Positions 1 through 9,351 of a DNA stretch of 63,601 nucleotides are shown here, piece after piece. Both the position numbers and the translations under genes were made by a program. The stretch lies in contig CAZYWU010000002.1 in the NCBI GenBank assembly GCA_964651255.1, forward strand, positions 82,038 through 145,638, in the 5' to 3' direction. Within the stretch, counting starts at the first letter, position 1; every line of letters starts with the position of its first letter. The notes below the pieces were generated by a model. It did no database searches and had not been told where the DNA came from. It was given only the letters and a program-made list of their open reading frames with translations. Origin of the DNA: an uncultured Anaerolineales bacterium. Its GTDB lineage: Bacteria; Chloroflexota; Anaerolineae; UBA1429.

Positions 1-1360
1 GGAGCGCATGGTGATCGCGGCGCCTCCGGAGAACGAGGCACGCCTGCGCGAGATCTGCGATGCTCACTCCGTCGAGATGACCGTCATTGGCACTTTTACA
101 GGCGATGGGCGACTGCACTTGCGGTACGGTGAGAACATCGTTGCGGACCTTTCCATGGCGTTCCTCCACGGCGGTTTGCCGCGCCGGCATCTGACAGCCA
201 CGTGGTCAGCCCCCGCCATCAGCCAGGGACACACAGATGGACTCGCCGGGGACGAGCTGGCTACCTGCCTGCTGGCCATACTATCGGATGCCAACGTCCG
301 CAGTAAGGAGGACGTGATCCGGCGGTATGACCATGAGGTCCAAGGGGGCACAGTGGTCAAGCCGATGGTCGGGACGCGGGCGCATGGCCCCGGCGATGCG
401 GCAGTGATCCGTCCGCTGGACACGTCGGACTCGTGGCAGGGGTTCGCCCTCGGGGCTGCCTTCAACCCCGCCTACGGCGACCTCGATCCATACGCCATGG
501 CCATCTCAGCCATCGACGAGGCTGTGCGCAACATCGTCTGCGTAGGCGCTGATCCCGACCGCACAGCGATTCTGGACAACTTTTGTTGGGGCAATCCGGG
601 CTATCCGGATAGGCTCGGCACACTGGTACGGGCCCTGAAGGGTTGCTATGACGGCGCGATGGCCTATCGCACACCCTTCATATCAGGCAAAGACAGCCTC
701 AACAACGAATACATGGACACAGTGACGGGGCATCAGGTCTCGATACCGCCCTCGCTTTTGATTTCCTCGATCGGCTTGATGGACGATGTGCGCAGCGCGT
801 GCACCCCCGATCTCAAGACAGCGGGCGATGCCATCTACCTGCTCGGCGAGACCAGGCCCGAGTTGGGCGGCAGCCTGTACGCCGCGCTGGGACATGCAGC
901 AGGGTTCGCCCCCCCAGGCCAGGCACCGGCAGGCCCCGCCATCGCGAGAGCCTTGCACCGTGCCATAGTGGCGGGCCTGGTCGCCGCCTGCCACGACTGC
1001 TCCGAGGGAGGCGCAGCCGTCGCTCTCGCAGAGATGGCCATGGCGGGCGACCTGGGTGCGGAGCTGCACGTGGCGTTGATGCCACGATCCTCGCAGCAGG
1101 ATCTCGCCACCGACACGCTGCTATTCTCCGAATCCAACGCTCGCTATCTCGTCGAGGTACGCGAGCCGGATCGACCAGCCTTCGAAGCGGTGTGTGAGGG
1201 CCTGCCCTGTGCCTCCGTTGGGCGAGTTGTCGATGAACAAAGCATCACCGTGTATGGGGCTCAAACAGACAATCCCGAGTTCACACTCTCTCTGGAAGCC
1301 ATCGAGAGGGCCTGGCGAGGGCATATAGCACCCGTGCCCGCCGCGGAGGCGTTGCCATGA
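1..1360 (+). CDS. purL: Phosphoribosylformylglycinamidine synthase subunit PurL, C-terminal part (5'-partial)
   Basis: Frame is open from the window edge (ERMV...). PurL motifs: YDHEVQGGT, DEAVRN, LDNFCWGNP, ISGKDSLNN, HDCSEGG, LFSESNAR. First gene of the pur cluster. Confidence 0.95.
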   Translation, partial: ERMVIAAPPENEARLREICDAHSVEMTVIGTFTGDGRLHLRYGENIVADLSMAFLHGGLPRRHLTATWSAPAISQGHTDGLAGDELATCLLAILSDANVRSKEDVIRRYDHEVQGGTVVKPMVGTRAHGPGDAAVIRPLDTSDSWQGFALGAAFNPAYGDLDPYAMAISAIDEAVRNIVCVGADPDRTAILDNFCWGNPGYPDRLGTLVRALKGCYDGAMAYRTPFISGKDSLNNEYMDTVTGHQVSIPPSLLISSIGLMDDVRSACTPDLKTAGDAIYLLGETRPELGGSLYAALGHAAGFAPPGQAPAGPAIARALHRAIVAGLVAACHDCSEGGAAVALAEMAMAGDLGAELHVALMPRSSQQDLATDTLLFSESNARYLVEVREPDRPAFEAVCEGLPCASVGRVVDEQSITVYGAQTDNPEFTLSLEAIERAWRGHIAPVPAAEALP

Positions 1361-2175
1361 CGCATCCACGCATCCTGATAATGCACGCGCCCGGCACCAA
1401 CCGTGACCGCGAGGCAGCCATGGCGTGTACCGCTGCGGGGGGCATGCCTGAGATCATACACATGAACAGGCTTGTCAGCGGCCAGGTCAAACTGGACGCC
1501 TATCAGATGATCGTCATACCCGGGGGATTCTCCTTTGGCGATGACCTGGGCGCCGGACGGCTCTGGGCGAACGACTTGACCCTCCACCTCCGCCAGGAAC
1601 TGGACGCCTTTGTGGCCAGCGGCAAGCCGGTGATGGGCATATGCAACGGCTTCCAGGTGCTGGTCAAAGCCGGATACCTGCCGGGACCGGCCCCGCTGCA
1701 AACTGCGAGCCTGACCTATAATCGCGGAGGCCACTTTGAGTGTCGCTGGGTACGACTTCGCGCCCTGCCGCAAAGCCCCAGTGTGTTCACACAGGGTTTG
1801 GATCAGGACATCCTTTGTCCCGTTGCCCATGGCGAGGGGCGGCTGGCGCTGCGAGAACCCGGGCAGGCCGCAAGTCTGATTGAGAGCGGCCTGGTGCCTC
1901 TCCGGTACGTGGCAGTGCTGAATCCTGGTGACGAGGATAACGCATCGGCTGACACACCGGTGGAGCCCGTGGCAACCTATCCGCACAACCCTAATGGCTC
2001 ACCGGCGGATATCGCGGCACTCTGCAACGCAGCGGGCAACGTACTCGGGCTGATGCCCCACCCTGAGGATCACATCCATCCGTTCCAGCATCCACGCTGG
2101 TCGCGCGGAGCGACCGGGGGACTGGGGTTGGTGCTCTTTGCCAACGGCGTGCGGGCTGCCAGGGCTTTTGTCTAG
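1357..2175 (+). CDS. purQ: FGAM synthase glutaminase subunit PurQ
   Basis: PGTNRD, GGFSFGD, GICNGFQ (catalytic Cys), AHGEGR, LMPHPE (His-Glu). ATGA overlap with purL. Confidence 0.96.
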   Translation: MTHPRILIMHAPGTNRDREAAMACTAAGGMPEIIHMNRLVSGQVKLDAYQMIVIPGGFSFGDDLGAGRLWANDLTLHLRQELDAFVASGKPVMGICNGFQVLVKAGYLPGPAPLQTASLTYNRGGHFECRWVRLRALPQSPSVFTQGLDQDILCPVAHGEGRLALREPGQAASLIESGLVPLRYVAVLNPGDEDNASADTPVEPVATYPHNPNGSPADIAALCNAAGNVLGLMPHPEDHIHPFQHPRWSRGATGGLGLVLFANGVRAARAFV

Positions 2176-2190
2176 GAGAGTCGCGGTAGC

Positions 2191-3600
2191 ATGACAGAGT
2201 ACAGTCACGACACGTATATCTCGCCCTTTACCTGGCGCTATGGCAGTGACGCCATGCGACAGATCTGGTCACAGCTGCATCAGCGCCGGTTGTGGCGCCG
2301 AGTCTGGGTGGCTCTCGCGAGTGTGCAGGCTGAGGCAGGCCTGGTCACAGAGGCGCAGGTTGAGGACCTGCGTGCCCATCAGGATAACATCGACTGGGAG
2401 CGCGCCCAGGAGCTCGAACGCGACTTGCACCATGATCTCATGGCAGAAGTACGCGCCTACGCGGAGCAGTGTCCCATCGGTGGCGGCATCATTCACCTGG
2501 GCGCGACAAGCATGGACATAGAAGACAACGCAGAAGCGATGCGCATCGTCCAGGCGTTGAGACTGGTGAGACAGGGACTGGTGTCTCTTTTGCTGGCACT
2601 GGTCGAGCGCATGGAGGCCGAGGCCGACACGACGGCCATGGCCTATACGCACATCCAACCCGCTGAGCCGACCACCATCGGCTACCGGCTATCGCAATAT
2701 GCTTACGACCTGCTGTGTGACCTCCAGAGCCTGGATGCGCTGACGGTGTACGGCAAGGGCTTTAAGGGGGCCGTAGGCACCTCTGCTTCATACGCGCACC
2801 TGCTGGAAGGCACGGGCATGAGTTCCGCCGAGATGGAGGAGCGGATCATGCAGCGCCTGGGGCTCACAGCGGTACCCGTGAGCACCCAGACGTACCCGCG
2901 CAAGATGGATTACAGCGTCCTCACCTTGCTGGCAGGCATCGCCGCATCGGCGCACAAATTGGCCCTGGACCTGAGATTGCTCCAGTCGCCGGTGTTTGGC
3001 GAGCTGTCCGAACCCTTTGGCCGGCAGCAGGTCGGCTCGTCAGCGATGCCCTTTAAGCGGAACCCGATCAACGCCGAGAGCATCTGCTCGCTGGCACGAT
3101 ACGTTTCGACGCTTCCTCAGGTCGCCTGGAGCAATGCAGCTCTATCCATGCTCGAGCGCACCCTCGACGATTCGGCGAATAGACGAGCGATTCTGCCCGA
3201 CGCTTTTCTGGCCATCGACGAGATCCTCACGAGGTTGACCCGCATTATCCAGGGGCTACAGATCGGACGTGAGGCGATCGCGCGGAATCTTGCGATCTAT
3301 GGGCCCTTTTCGGCAACCGAGCCACTGCTCATGGAGCTCGTCAAAGCCGGTGCCGACCGGCAGGCGATGCACGAGACGATTCGTCGCTGCAGCATGGCGG
3401 CCTGGGCCGCCATTCAGGCAGGGCAACCGAACCCCTTGATCGATCTGTTGGCTGCAGACGAAAACGTACTGCGATGGCTGCCGGCCGAGACCGTGCGCCG
3501 TGTTCTGGGGCGCGGTGCTGACACTGGCGACGCAGCATCGCGCTGCCTCGCGCTGACCGATCGCATTCGAGACTATACGCGGAAGCGTCCGCCGGCGTGA
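2191..3600 (+). CDS. purB: Adenylosuccinate lyase (ADSL-like subfamily)
   Basis: IHLGATS, YTHIQPA, GSSAMPFKRNP signature; pur operon context. Confidence 0.96.
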   Translation: MTEYSHDTYISPFTWRYGSDAMRQIWSQLHQRRLWRRVWVALASVQAEAGLVTEAQVEDLRAHQDNIDWERAQELERDLHHDLMAEVRAYAEQCPIGGGIIHLGATSMDIEDNAEAMRIVQALRLVRQGLVSLLLALVERMEAEADTTAMAYTHIQPAEPTTIGYRLSQYAYDLLCDLQSLDALTVYGKGFKGAVGTSASYAHLLEGTGMSSAEMEERIMQRLGLTAVPVSTQTYPRKMDYSVLTLLAGIAASAHKLALDLRLLQSPVFGELSEPFGRQQVGSSAMPFKRNPINAESICSLARYVSTLPQVAWSNAALSMLERTLDDSANRRAILPDAFLAIDEILTRLTRIIQGLQIGREAIARNLAIYGPFSATEPLLMELVKAGADRQAMHETIRRCSMAAWAAIQAGQPNPLIDLLAADENVLRWLPAETVRRVLGRGADTGDAASRCLALTDRIRDYTRKRPPA

Positions 3601-3627
3601 GCCGTCAGGGCAAAAGGAGTCATTGAC

Positions 3628-4392
3628 ATGAGCTACAAAACGATGTTCGGAGAGCGCCTCGCGGAGGGCAAGACCAAGATCGTCTACGCCCATCCCACGC
3701 GCCATGACATGGTCTACCTGGTGCACAAGGACCGAATCAGTGCCGGTGATGGTGCCAGAGTCAACGAGGTGCCAGGCAAAGGCGAGCTGGCCTGCCGCAC
3801 GACATCGAACGTTTTTTACGTACTGGAGCAGGAAGGTATCGATACCCACTATGTGGGGCTGGTCGAGCCAGGGGTGAACCTGGTGGTGCGCTGTGAGATG
3901 GTGCCATTGGAAGTAGTGATGCGCCGCATCGCCACCGGGTCGTACCTGAAGCGACATCCCGAAGTCAAAGAGGGACACCGCTTTGACCCGCCCCTGGTAG
4001 AGTTCTTTTTCAAGAGCGATGAGCTGCACGACCCCCTGGTGGATGATGACGAGATCAAACAGATGGGCCTCGCAGAGCAGCGTGAGATCGATGAGATGCG
4101 CCAGACTGGCCGCCGGGTATTCGCGATTTTGGAAAAGGCCTGGGCCGGACAGGGCGTGACCCTGGTGGATCTCAAGATCGAGTTCGGACGCGATACTGAA
4201 GGAACGCTGATGGTGGCTGACGTTATCGATAACGATTCATGGCGGCTCTGGCCTGGCGGGGACAAGAATCGCATGTTGGACAAACAGGTTTACCGCGACA
4301 TGCCCGATGTCACGGACGAGGGCCTGCGCGCGCTCATGAGCAAGTACGCTCAGGTGGCCGCACTTACCGACAAGTTCATCGAGGAAGAGTAG
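3628..4392 (+). CDS. purC: SAICAR synthetase, PAICS/Ade5-type
   Basis: EGKTK, RRIATGS, DLKIEFG, DVIDNDSWRLWP, DKQVYR. SD AAGGAG upstream. Confidence 0.96.
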   Translation: MSYKTMFGERLAEGKTKIVYAHPTRHDMVYLVHKDRISAGDGARVNEVPGKGELACRTTSNVFYVLEQEGIDTHYVGLVEPGVNLVVRCEMVPLEVVMRRIATGSYLKRHPEVKEGHRFDPPLVEFFFKSDELHDPLVDDDEIKQMGLAEQREIDEMRQTGRRVFAILEKAWAGQGVTLVDLKIEFGRDTEGTLMVADVIDNDSWRLWPGGDKNRMLDKQVYRDMPDVTDEGLRALMSKYAQVAALTDKFIEEE

Positions 4393-4425
4393 CGCACGGG
4401 CACCGTAATGTTGCCAGGGGTGAGA

Positions 4426-4938
4426 ATGTCTGGTAGACTAATTATTATAATGGGTTCGCTGGCCGACCGGGATCACGTGAACAAGATCGTGGAGGCGTGC
4501 GCTTCTTTTGGATTGGCAGTTGAGCAACATGTGGCCTCGGCGCACAAGAGCGCCCGCTATCTGCTCGATCTTCTGCAGGCGCAAGAGAACAAGGGCGAAA
4601 ACGTCGTCTATATCACCGTCGCCGGCCGTTCCAACGCTCTGAGCGGTATGGTCGATGCGAACGTCAGCGCCCCGGTGATTGCGTGCCCTCCCATCTCCAG
4701 CGCCTTTGGCGGTGCAGATATCTACTCCTCGTTGCGGATGCCAACCGGAGTTGCCCCTCTGTTGGTGCTCGAACCCACAGCCGCTGCGCTTGCCGCAGCG
4801 AAAATCCTGTCGCAGAGTGATGATGCCCTCCGACAGACCGTGCGAAGGTATCAGGCTTCGCTGACTGAGCAAATCATCCATGACGATGGCGTCCTCGGTC
4901 TGGAGCAGCGTGGATCGGCGGGCGAAAGGACGATATGA
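4426..4938 (+). CDS. purE: AIR carboxylase PurE, class II-like (alternative in-frame ATG at 4408)
   Basis: IIMGS, SAHK, AGRSNAL, PVIACPP, SSLRMP. AGGGG SD-like sequence before ATG 4426. Confidence 0.92.
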   Translation: MSGRLIIIMGSLADRDHVNKIVEACASFGLAVEQHVASAHKSARYLLDLLQAQENKGENVVYITVAGRSNALSGMVDANVSAPVIACPPISSAFGGADIYSSLRMPTGVAPLLVLEPTAAALAAAKILSQSDDALRQTVRRYQASLTEQIIHDDGVLGLEQRGSAGERTI

Positions 4939-6383
4939 CGATTTGTGATTTTGAGCATGCGGACCATCCGCACGAGGAGTGCGGTGTTTTCGGCATCTAT
5001 GCCCCGGGCGAGGCGGTAGCCCGGATAACCTTTTTCGGACTGTTTGCCCTGCAGCATCGCGGCCAGGAGAGCGCCGGCATCGCTGTCACGGACGGCTACA
5101 CAGCGCGACTCCACAAGGACATGGGCCTGGTCACTCAGGTCTTTAACGAGACGAATCTGGCGCCGCTACAGGGCCACATTGCGGTGGGCCATACCCGTTA
5201 CTCCACCGCCGACTCGTCGCGTCCGGTGGCCGCGGGCCCGTTCCTGCTCGAATCGATGGTGGGGCCGATTGCGCTGGCGCACAATGGCAACCTGGTAAAC
5301 ACGGGCGAGTTGCGCCGCAAGCTCTTTGAGCGGGGCGTCGGCCTGGCGTCGAGCTGTGACTCTGAGGTAATCATCCAGATGCTCGCCGGGGCACAGGGCG
5401 ACAATATGGTGGACCGCATCAAAGAGATGATGAGCATGGCCCTGGGGGCTTATTCCCTCACGGTACTCACCCGTGACGCTCTCTATGCGGTACGTGATCC
5501 CTGGGGATTCCGGCCGCTGAGCATGGGGCGACTGAACGGTGGTTGGGTGGTAGCCTCGGAGAGCTGCGCGCTGGAGACCGTGGGTGCACGCGACATCACC
5601 GAGATCGCCCCCGGGTCGATTGTGATGATGGATGCCAGCGGTGCGCGCATCGTTCAGGGACGCAAACCAGAAAAGTCCAGCCTGTGCATCTTTGAGTACA
5701 TCTACTTTGCGCGACCGGACAGCATCATCGACGGCCAGCTGGTTCACGATGTGCGCCAGGAGCTCGGACGCCAGCTGGCCCGAGAGCATCCCGTCGATGC
5801 CGACCTGGTCATGGGTGTTCCGGACTCGGCCACAGCGGCGGCGATTGGCTATGCGCAGGAGGCGGGCATCCCCTTCGGGGAAGGCCTCATCAAGAACCGG
5901 TATATCGGCCGCACGTTCATCCAGCCCGATGATCGCCTCCGCAAGGCCGGCGTCGCACTCAAATTCAACCCGCTGGCACAGGGCCTTAAGGGCAAGCGTC
6001 TGATTGTGGTCGATGACTCGATCGTTCGCGGTAACACAACCGCGCCCGCTGTAGAGCTCCTCAGGCGGGCGGGAGCGCGCGAGGTGCACCTGCGCATTTC
6101 ATCGCCCCCCATCAAGCACCCTTGCTTCATGGGGGTCGATATGGCCACCTACGGTGAGTTGATCGCACATCGCATGACGATCGAGGAGATCAGGCAGCAT
6201 GTTGGCGCCGACACGCTGGGCTACCTCAGCCTTGAGGGTATGATCAAGGCGCTGCACAGACCCAAGGAGCGTTACTGCACAGCCTGTTTCTCTGGAGAAT
6301 ACCCCTTCGAACAAAGGGCGGGCGGCTTTCTGGACAGGGAGATGCAACCCTGTGGCGTGACGGGGAACGCGTCATGCCTGTAA
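4935..6383 (+). CDS. purF: Amidophosphoribosyltransferase (propeptide, Fe-S type)
   Basis: Propeptide then CGVFG, QHRGQESAG, GHTRYST, HNGN, VDDSIVRG, HPCFMG and YCTACF Cys ligands. Confidence 0.97.
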   Translation: MTICDFEHADHPHEECGVFGIYAPGEAVARITFFGLFALQHRGQESAGIAVTDGYTARLHKDMGLVTQVFNETNLAPLQGHIAVGHTRYSTADSSRPVAAGPFLLESMVGPIALAHNGNLVNTGELRRKLFERGVGLASSCDSEVIIQMLAGAQGDNMVDRIKEMMSMALGAYSLTVLTRDALYAVRDPWGFRPLSMGRLNGGWVVASESCALETVGARDITEIAPGSIVMMDASGARIVQGRKPEKSSLCIFEYIYFARPDSIIDGQLVHDVRQELGRQLAREHPVDADLVMGVPDSATAAAIGYAQEAGIPFGEGLIKNRYIGRTFIQPDDRLRKAGVALKFNPLAQGLKGKRLIVVDDSIVRGNTTAPAVELLRRAGAREVHLRISSPPIKHPCFMGVDMATYGELIAHRMTIEEIRQHVGADTLGYLSLEGMIKALHRPKERYCTACFSGEYPFEQRAGGFLDREMQPCGVTGNASCL

Positions 6384-7660
6384 AGGTACTTGTCGTCGGA
6401 TCGGGCGGCAGGGAACACGCGCTGGCGTGGGCACTCAGCCGCTCGCCCCAGCAGACCGAGCTGTACGCTGCCCCGGGCAACGGTGGGACGGCGGCCATTG
6501 CCACCAATGTACCCATCAAGGCGGAGGACGTAGCGGGGATCGTGTCCTTCGCCCGCGACAAAGAGATCGATCTGGTGGTCGTTGGCCCGGAGGCTCCGCT
6601 TGCGCTGGGCCTGGTGGACCAGCTCCAGGCCGCGGGTATCCGCGCCTTCGGGCCGAGCGCAGCCGCCGCGCGTATCGAGGCATCCAAGGCATTCAGCAAG
6701 ACCTTTATGCGCGAACATGGCATCCCGACGGCAGCCTATGGCAATTTCACCGACTATGGCTCCGCCCTATCGTATCTGGACGCTCACCCGGTCCCGATCG
6801 TGCTCAAAGCCGATGGGCTCGCCGCGGGCAAGGGTGTCCTGGTCTGCGAGACAGATGATGAGGCGCGCGATGCCTTGCGAGCGATCATGGTCGACCATCG
6901 CTTTGGCGCCGCCGGGGATCGCGTCGTCATTGAGGAATTCCTGACAGGGCAGGAAGTCTCGGTGCTCGCCTTTTCAGACGGAAAACATGTCGAACCGATG
7001 CTCTTGTCACAGGATCATAAAGCGGCCTACGACGGCGATCGCGGCCCCAACACCGGCGGCATGGGGTGCTATGCTCCTGCGAACATTCTGAACCCGCCGA
7101 TGCTGCAACGTGTCGTCGCTGAGGTCCTGCAGCCGACCGTCGACGGGCTCGCAGCGGCCGGGACGCCCTATGTGGGGGTCCTGTACGCTGGCCTCATGAT
7201 CCAGGACGATGACTTTACTGTGCTCGAGTTCAACTGCCGTTTTGGAGACCCCGAAGCGCAGGTCATTCTACCGCTGCTTGAGACCGATCTGCTCAGTGTC
7301 CTGGAAGCGTGCGTCGCTCAGGAGCTCGATCAGATCGGACTGCGTTGGACGGGCAAAAGCGCCGCCTGCATCGTCCTCGCATCGGGCGGCTACCCGGGTG
7401 ACTATGAGCGCGGGCTGGTCATCGAAGGGCTGGATAGCGTCCCGCAAGGCGACGATCTGATCGTGTTCCATGCAGGAACGCGCCAGGACGGCAAACGCCT
7501 GATCACCGACGGCGGGCGCGTGCTGGGCGTGACTGGCATCGCCGACAACCTGCGGGACGCTCTCTCAAAGGCCTATGCCGCCGCGACGAAAATTCACTGG
7601 CCAGGGATGTTCTACAGGCGCGACATCGGAGCCAAAGGGCTGGCGCAGGAGGGCCGATGA
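6374..7660 (+). CDS. purD: Phosphoribosylamine-glycine ligase
   Basis: GSGGREHAL, APGNGG, KADGLAAGKGV, GPNTGGMG, EFNCRFGDPE, YRRDIG. Confidence 0.98.
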   Translation: MPVKVLVVGSGGREHALAWALSRSPQQTELYAAPGNGGTAAIATNVPIKAEDVAGIVSFARDKEIDLVVVGPEAPLALGLVDQLQAAGIRAFGPSAAAARIEASKAFSKTFMREHGIPTAAYGNFTDYGSALSYLDAHPVPIVLKADGLAAGKGVLVCETDDEARDALRAIMVDHRFGAAGDRVVIEEFLTGQEVSVLAFSDGKHVEPMLLSQDHKAAYDGDRGPNTGGMGCYAPANILNPPMLQRVVAEVLQPTVDGLAAAGTPYVGVLYAGLMIQDDDFTVLEFNCRFGDPEAQVILPLLETDLLSVLEACVAQELDQIGLRWTGKSAACIVLASGGYPGDYERGLVIEGLDSVPQGDDLIVFHAGTRQDGKRLITDGGRVLGVTGIADNLRDALSKAYAAATKIHWPGMFYRRDIGAKGLAQEGR

Positions 7661-8688
7661 CCGGGAACGCATACGCACGGTCAGGAGTAAACATCACCGC
7701 CGGAAACCGGGCTGTCGAGTTGATGGCCGCCTCGGTGCGCTCCACCTACGGTCCCGAGGTCCTGCTGGGTATCGGCGCCTTTGGCGGGCTGTTTGACGCA
7801 TCGCGGCTTCAATCCATGTCCCATCCCGTGCTGGTGGCATCCACCGACGGCGTGGGCACCAAAACGGTCGTCTCCGGTGCGCTGGGGTGCTACGAGCATC
7901 TCGGACGGGACATCGTCAACCACTGTGTCAATGACATCCTGGTACAGGGAGCCGAACCCCTCTTTTTCCTTGATTATGTCGCTTCCCCTCACCTGGACCC
8001 GCAGCTGGTCGCAGAAGTGGTCTCTGGAGTGTCGGCCGCATGCCGGGAAGCGGGCTGTGCCCTCCTGGGTGGCGAGACGGCAGAGATGCCGGGCGTCTAC
8101 GCCCCGGGGCAAATGGATATTGCCGGCACCATTGTGGGCGTTGTCGAACGCGACGAGATCATCGATGGCACCCGGATCGTCGCCGGTGACGCACTCATCG
8201 GGCTGGGCTCACACGGCCTTCATACCAATGGCTTTTCTCTCGTCCGGAGCATATTCTCCGCAGACGACTATGGCAGGTTCAGCGAGGTGCTGGGCTGCTC
8301 GCTGGGAGAGGCCCTGACCAGGCCGCATCGTTCCTATCTTACGTTGGTGCGCGCCATCCGCCGTGTCGCAGACATCAAAGGGCTGGCACACCTCACCGGC
8401 GGGGGCTTTATCGAGAATATCCCCCGCATCCTGCCGCAGGGTCTCGGCGCCCGCATCGATCGCCGCAGCTGGGTAGTGCCCCCGCTCTTCGAGTTGATTC
8501 AAACACACGGCCAGGTAGACGCACTGGAGATGTACCGCGTCTTTAATATGGGGATCGGGATGGTCGTGGTCGTCGCCCCGGAGGACGTGGAAAAAGTACA
8601 GACTGTGGTCGCCAGCGATGCGGGCGAGACTGCGCCCGTCATCGGCGAGATCGTGACCTCTGGCGAGGGGCCACGCGTCACGCTATGA
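7657..8688 (+). CDS. purM: AIR synthetase
   Basis: Y..SGV, TDGVGTK, GGETAEMPG, HTNGFSL, HLTGGG, FNMGIG. Confidence 0.97.
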   Translation: MTGNAYARSGVNITAGNRAVELMAASVRSTYGPEVLLGIGAFGGLFDASRLQSMSHPVLVASTDGVGTKTVVSGALGCYEHLGRDIVNHCVNDILVQGAEPLFFLDYVASPHLDPQLVAEVVSGVSAACREAGCALLGGETAEMPGVYAPGQMDIAGTIVGVVERDEIIDGTRIVAGDALIGLGSHGLHTNGFSLVRSIFSADDYGRFSEVLGCSLGEALTRPHRSYLTLVRAIRRVADIKGLAHLTGGGFIENIPRILPQGLGARIDRRSWVVPPLFELIQTHGQVDALEMYRVFNMGIGMVVVVAPEDVEKVQTVVASDAGETAPVIGEIVTSGEGPRVTL

Positions 8689-9299
8689 ACCATCTGGCTG
8701 TATTCATCTCCGGTACTGGCACCAACCTGCAGGCCATCATCGACGCGATAGAGTCGGGCCGGCTGCCAGACACGCGCATTTCTGTGGTCGTCTCCAACAA
8801 AAAAGCGGCACAAGGCCTGCAGCGCGCACACAGACACAACATCCCGACCATGTACTTGCCTTTTTTGCCGTACCGTCAGCAGGGTTTGTCCAGAGAGGAC
8901 TATGACCGGGATCTCGTGGCGAGACTGAGCGAATACCCCATAGATCTGGTTGTCCTGGCCGGATGGATGCACATCTTTAGTATGGTATTCCTCCAGCACT
9001 ACCCGCGGGTGTTGAACATACACCCCGCTCTGCCTGGCACCTTTCCAGGGACGCATGCCATCGAGGATGCCCTGCGGGCGTTTCAGCGCGGAGAGATCAC
9101 AGAGACCGGTGTGATGGTCCACTGGGTGCCGGACGAGGCTGTCGATAGCGGGCCCGTAGTCATGTCAGAGGTTGTGCCGATTTACCCGCAGGACACACTG
9201 GAAACTCTGGAGGAGCGGATTCACGCTGTGGAGCACGATCTCTACGTACGTGCGATCGCCAGCGTCCTCGGCGTCGAGTTGAACGAACGCCCCGGGTAA
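8685..9299 (+). CDS. purN: GAR formyltransferase
   Basis: ISGTGTNLQAIID, LAGWMHI, NIHPALP, GVMVH, DSGP. Confidence 0.96.
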   Translation: MNHLAVFISGTGTNLQAIIDAIESGRLPDTRISVVVSNKKAAQGLQRAHRHNIPTMYLPFLPYRQQGLSREDYDRDLVARLSEYPIDLVVLAGWMHIFSMVFLQHYPRVLNIHPALPGTFPGTHAIEDALRAFQRGEITETGVMVHWVPDEAVDSGPVVMSEVVPIYPQDTLETLEERIHAVEHDLYVRAIASVLGVELNERPG

Positions 9300-9351
9300 T
9301 ACGGTCAACGAGCATCCCTGGGGCTCTACTTTACAGCACAGGACGGACCGG

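Noticed and set aside
4390-4392. Pyrrolysine decoding of the purC TAG
   Set aside because: No pyl genes or tRNA-Pyl in the window, and many other genes clearly end at TAG. Readthrough remains only a hypothesis.
9300-9351. Terminator or riboswitch at the end of the pur operon; purine/ZTP riboswitch for purO
   Set aside because: No convincing hairpin after purN, the operon 5' end is outside the window, and purO has only a 25-nt upstream gap.
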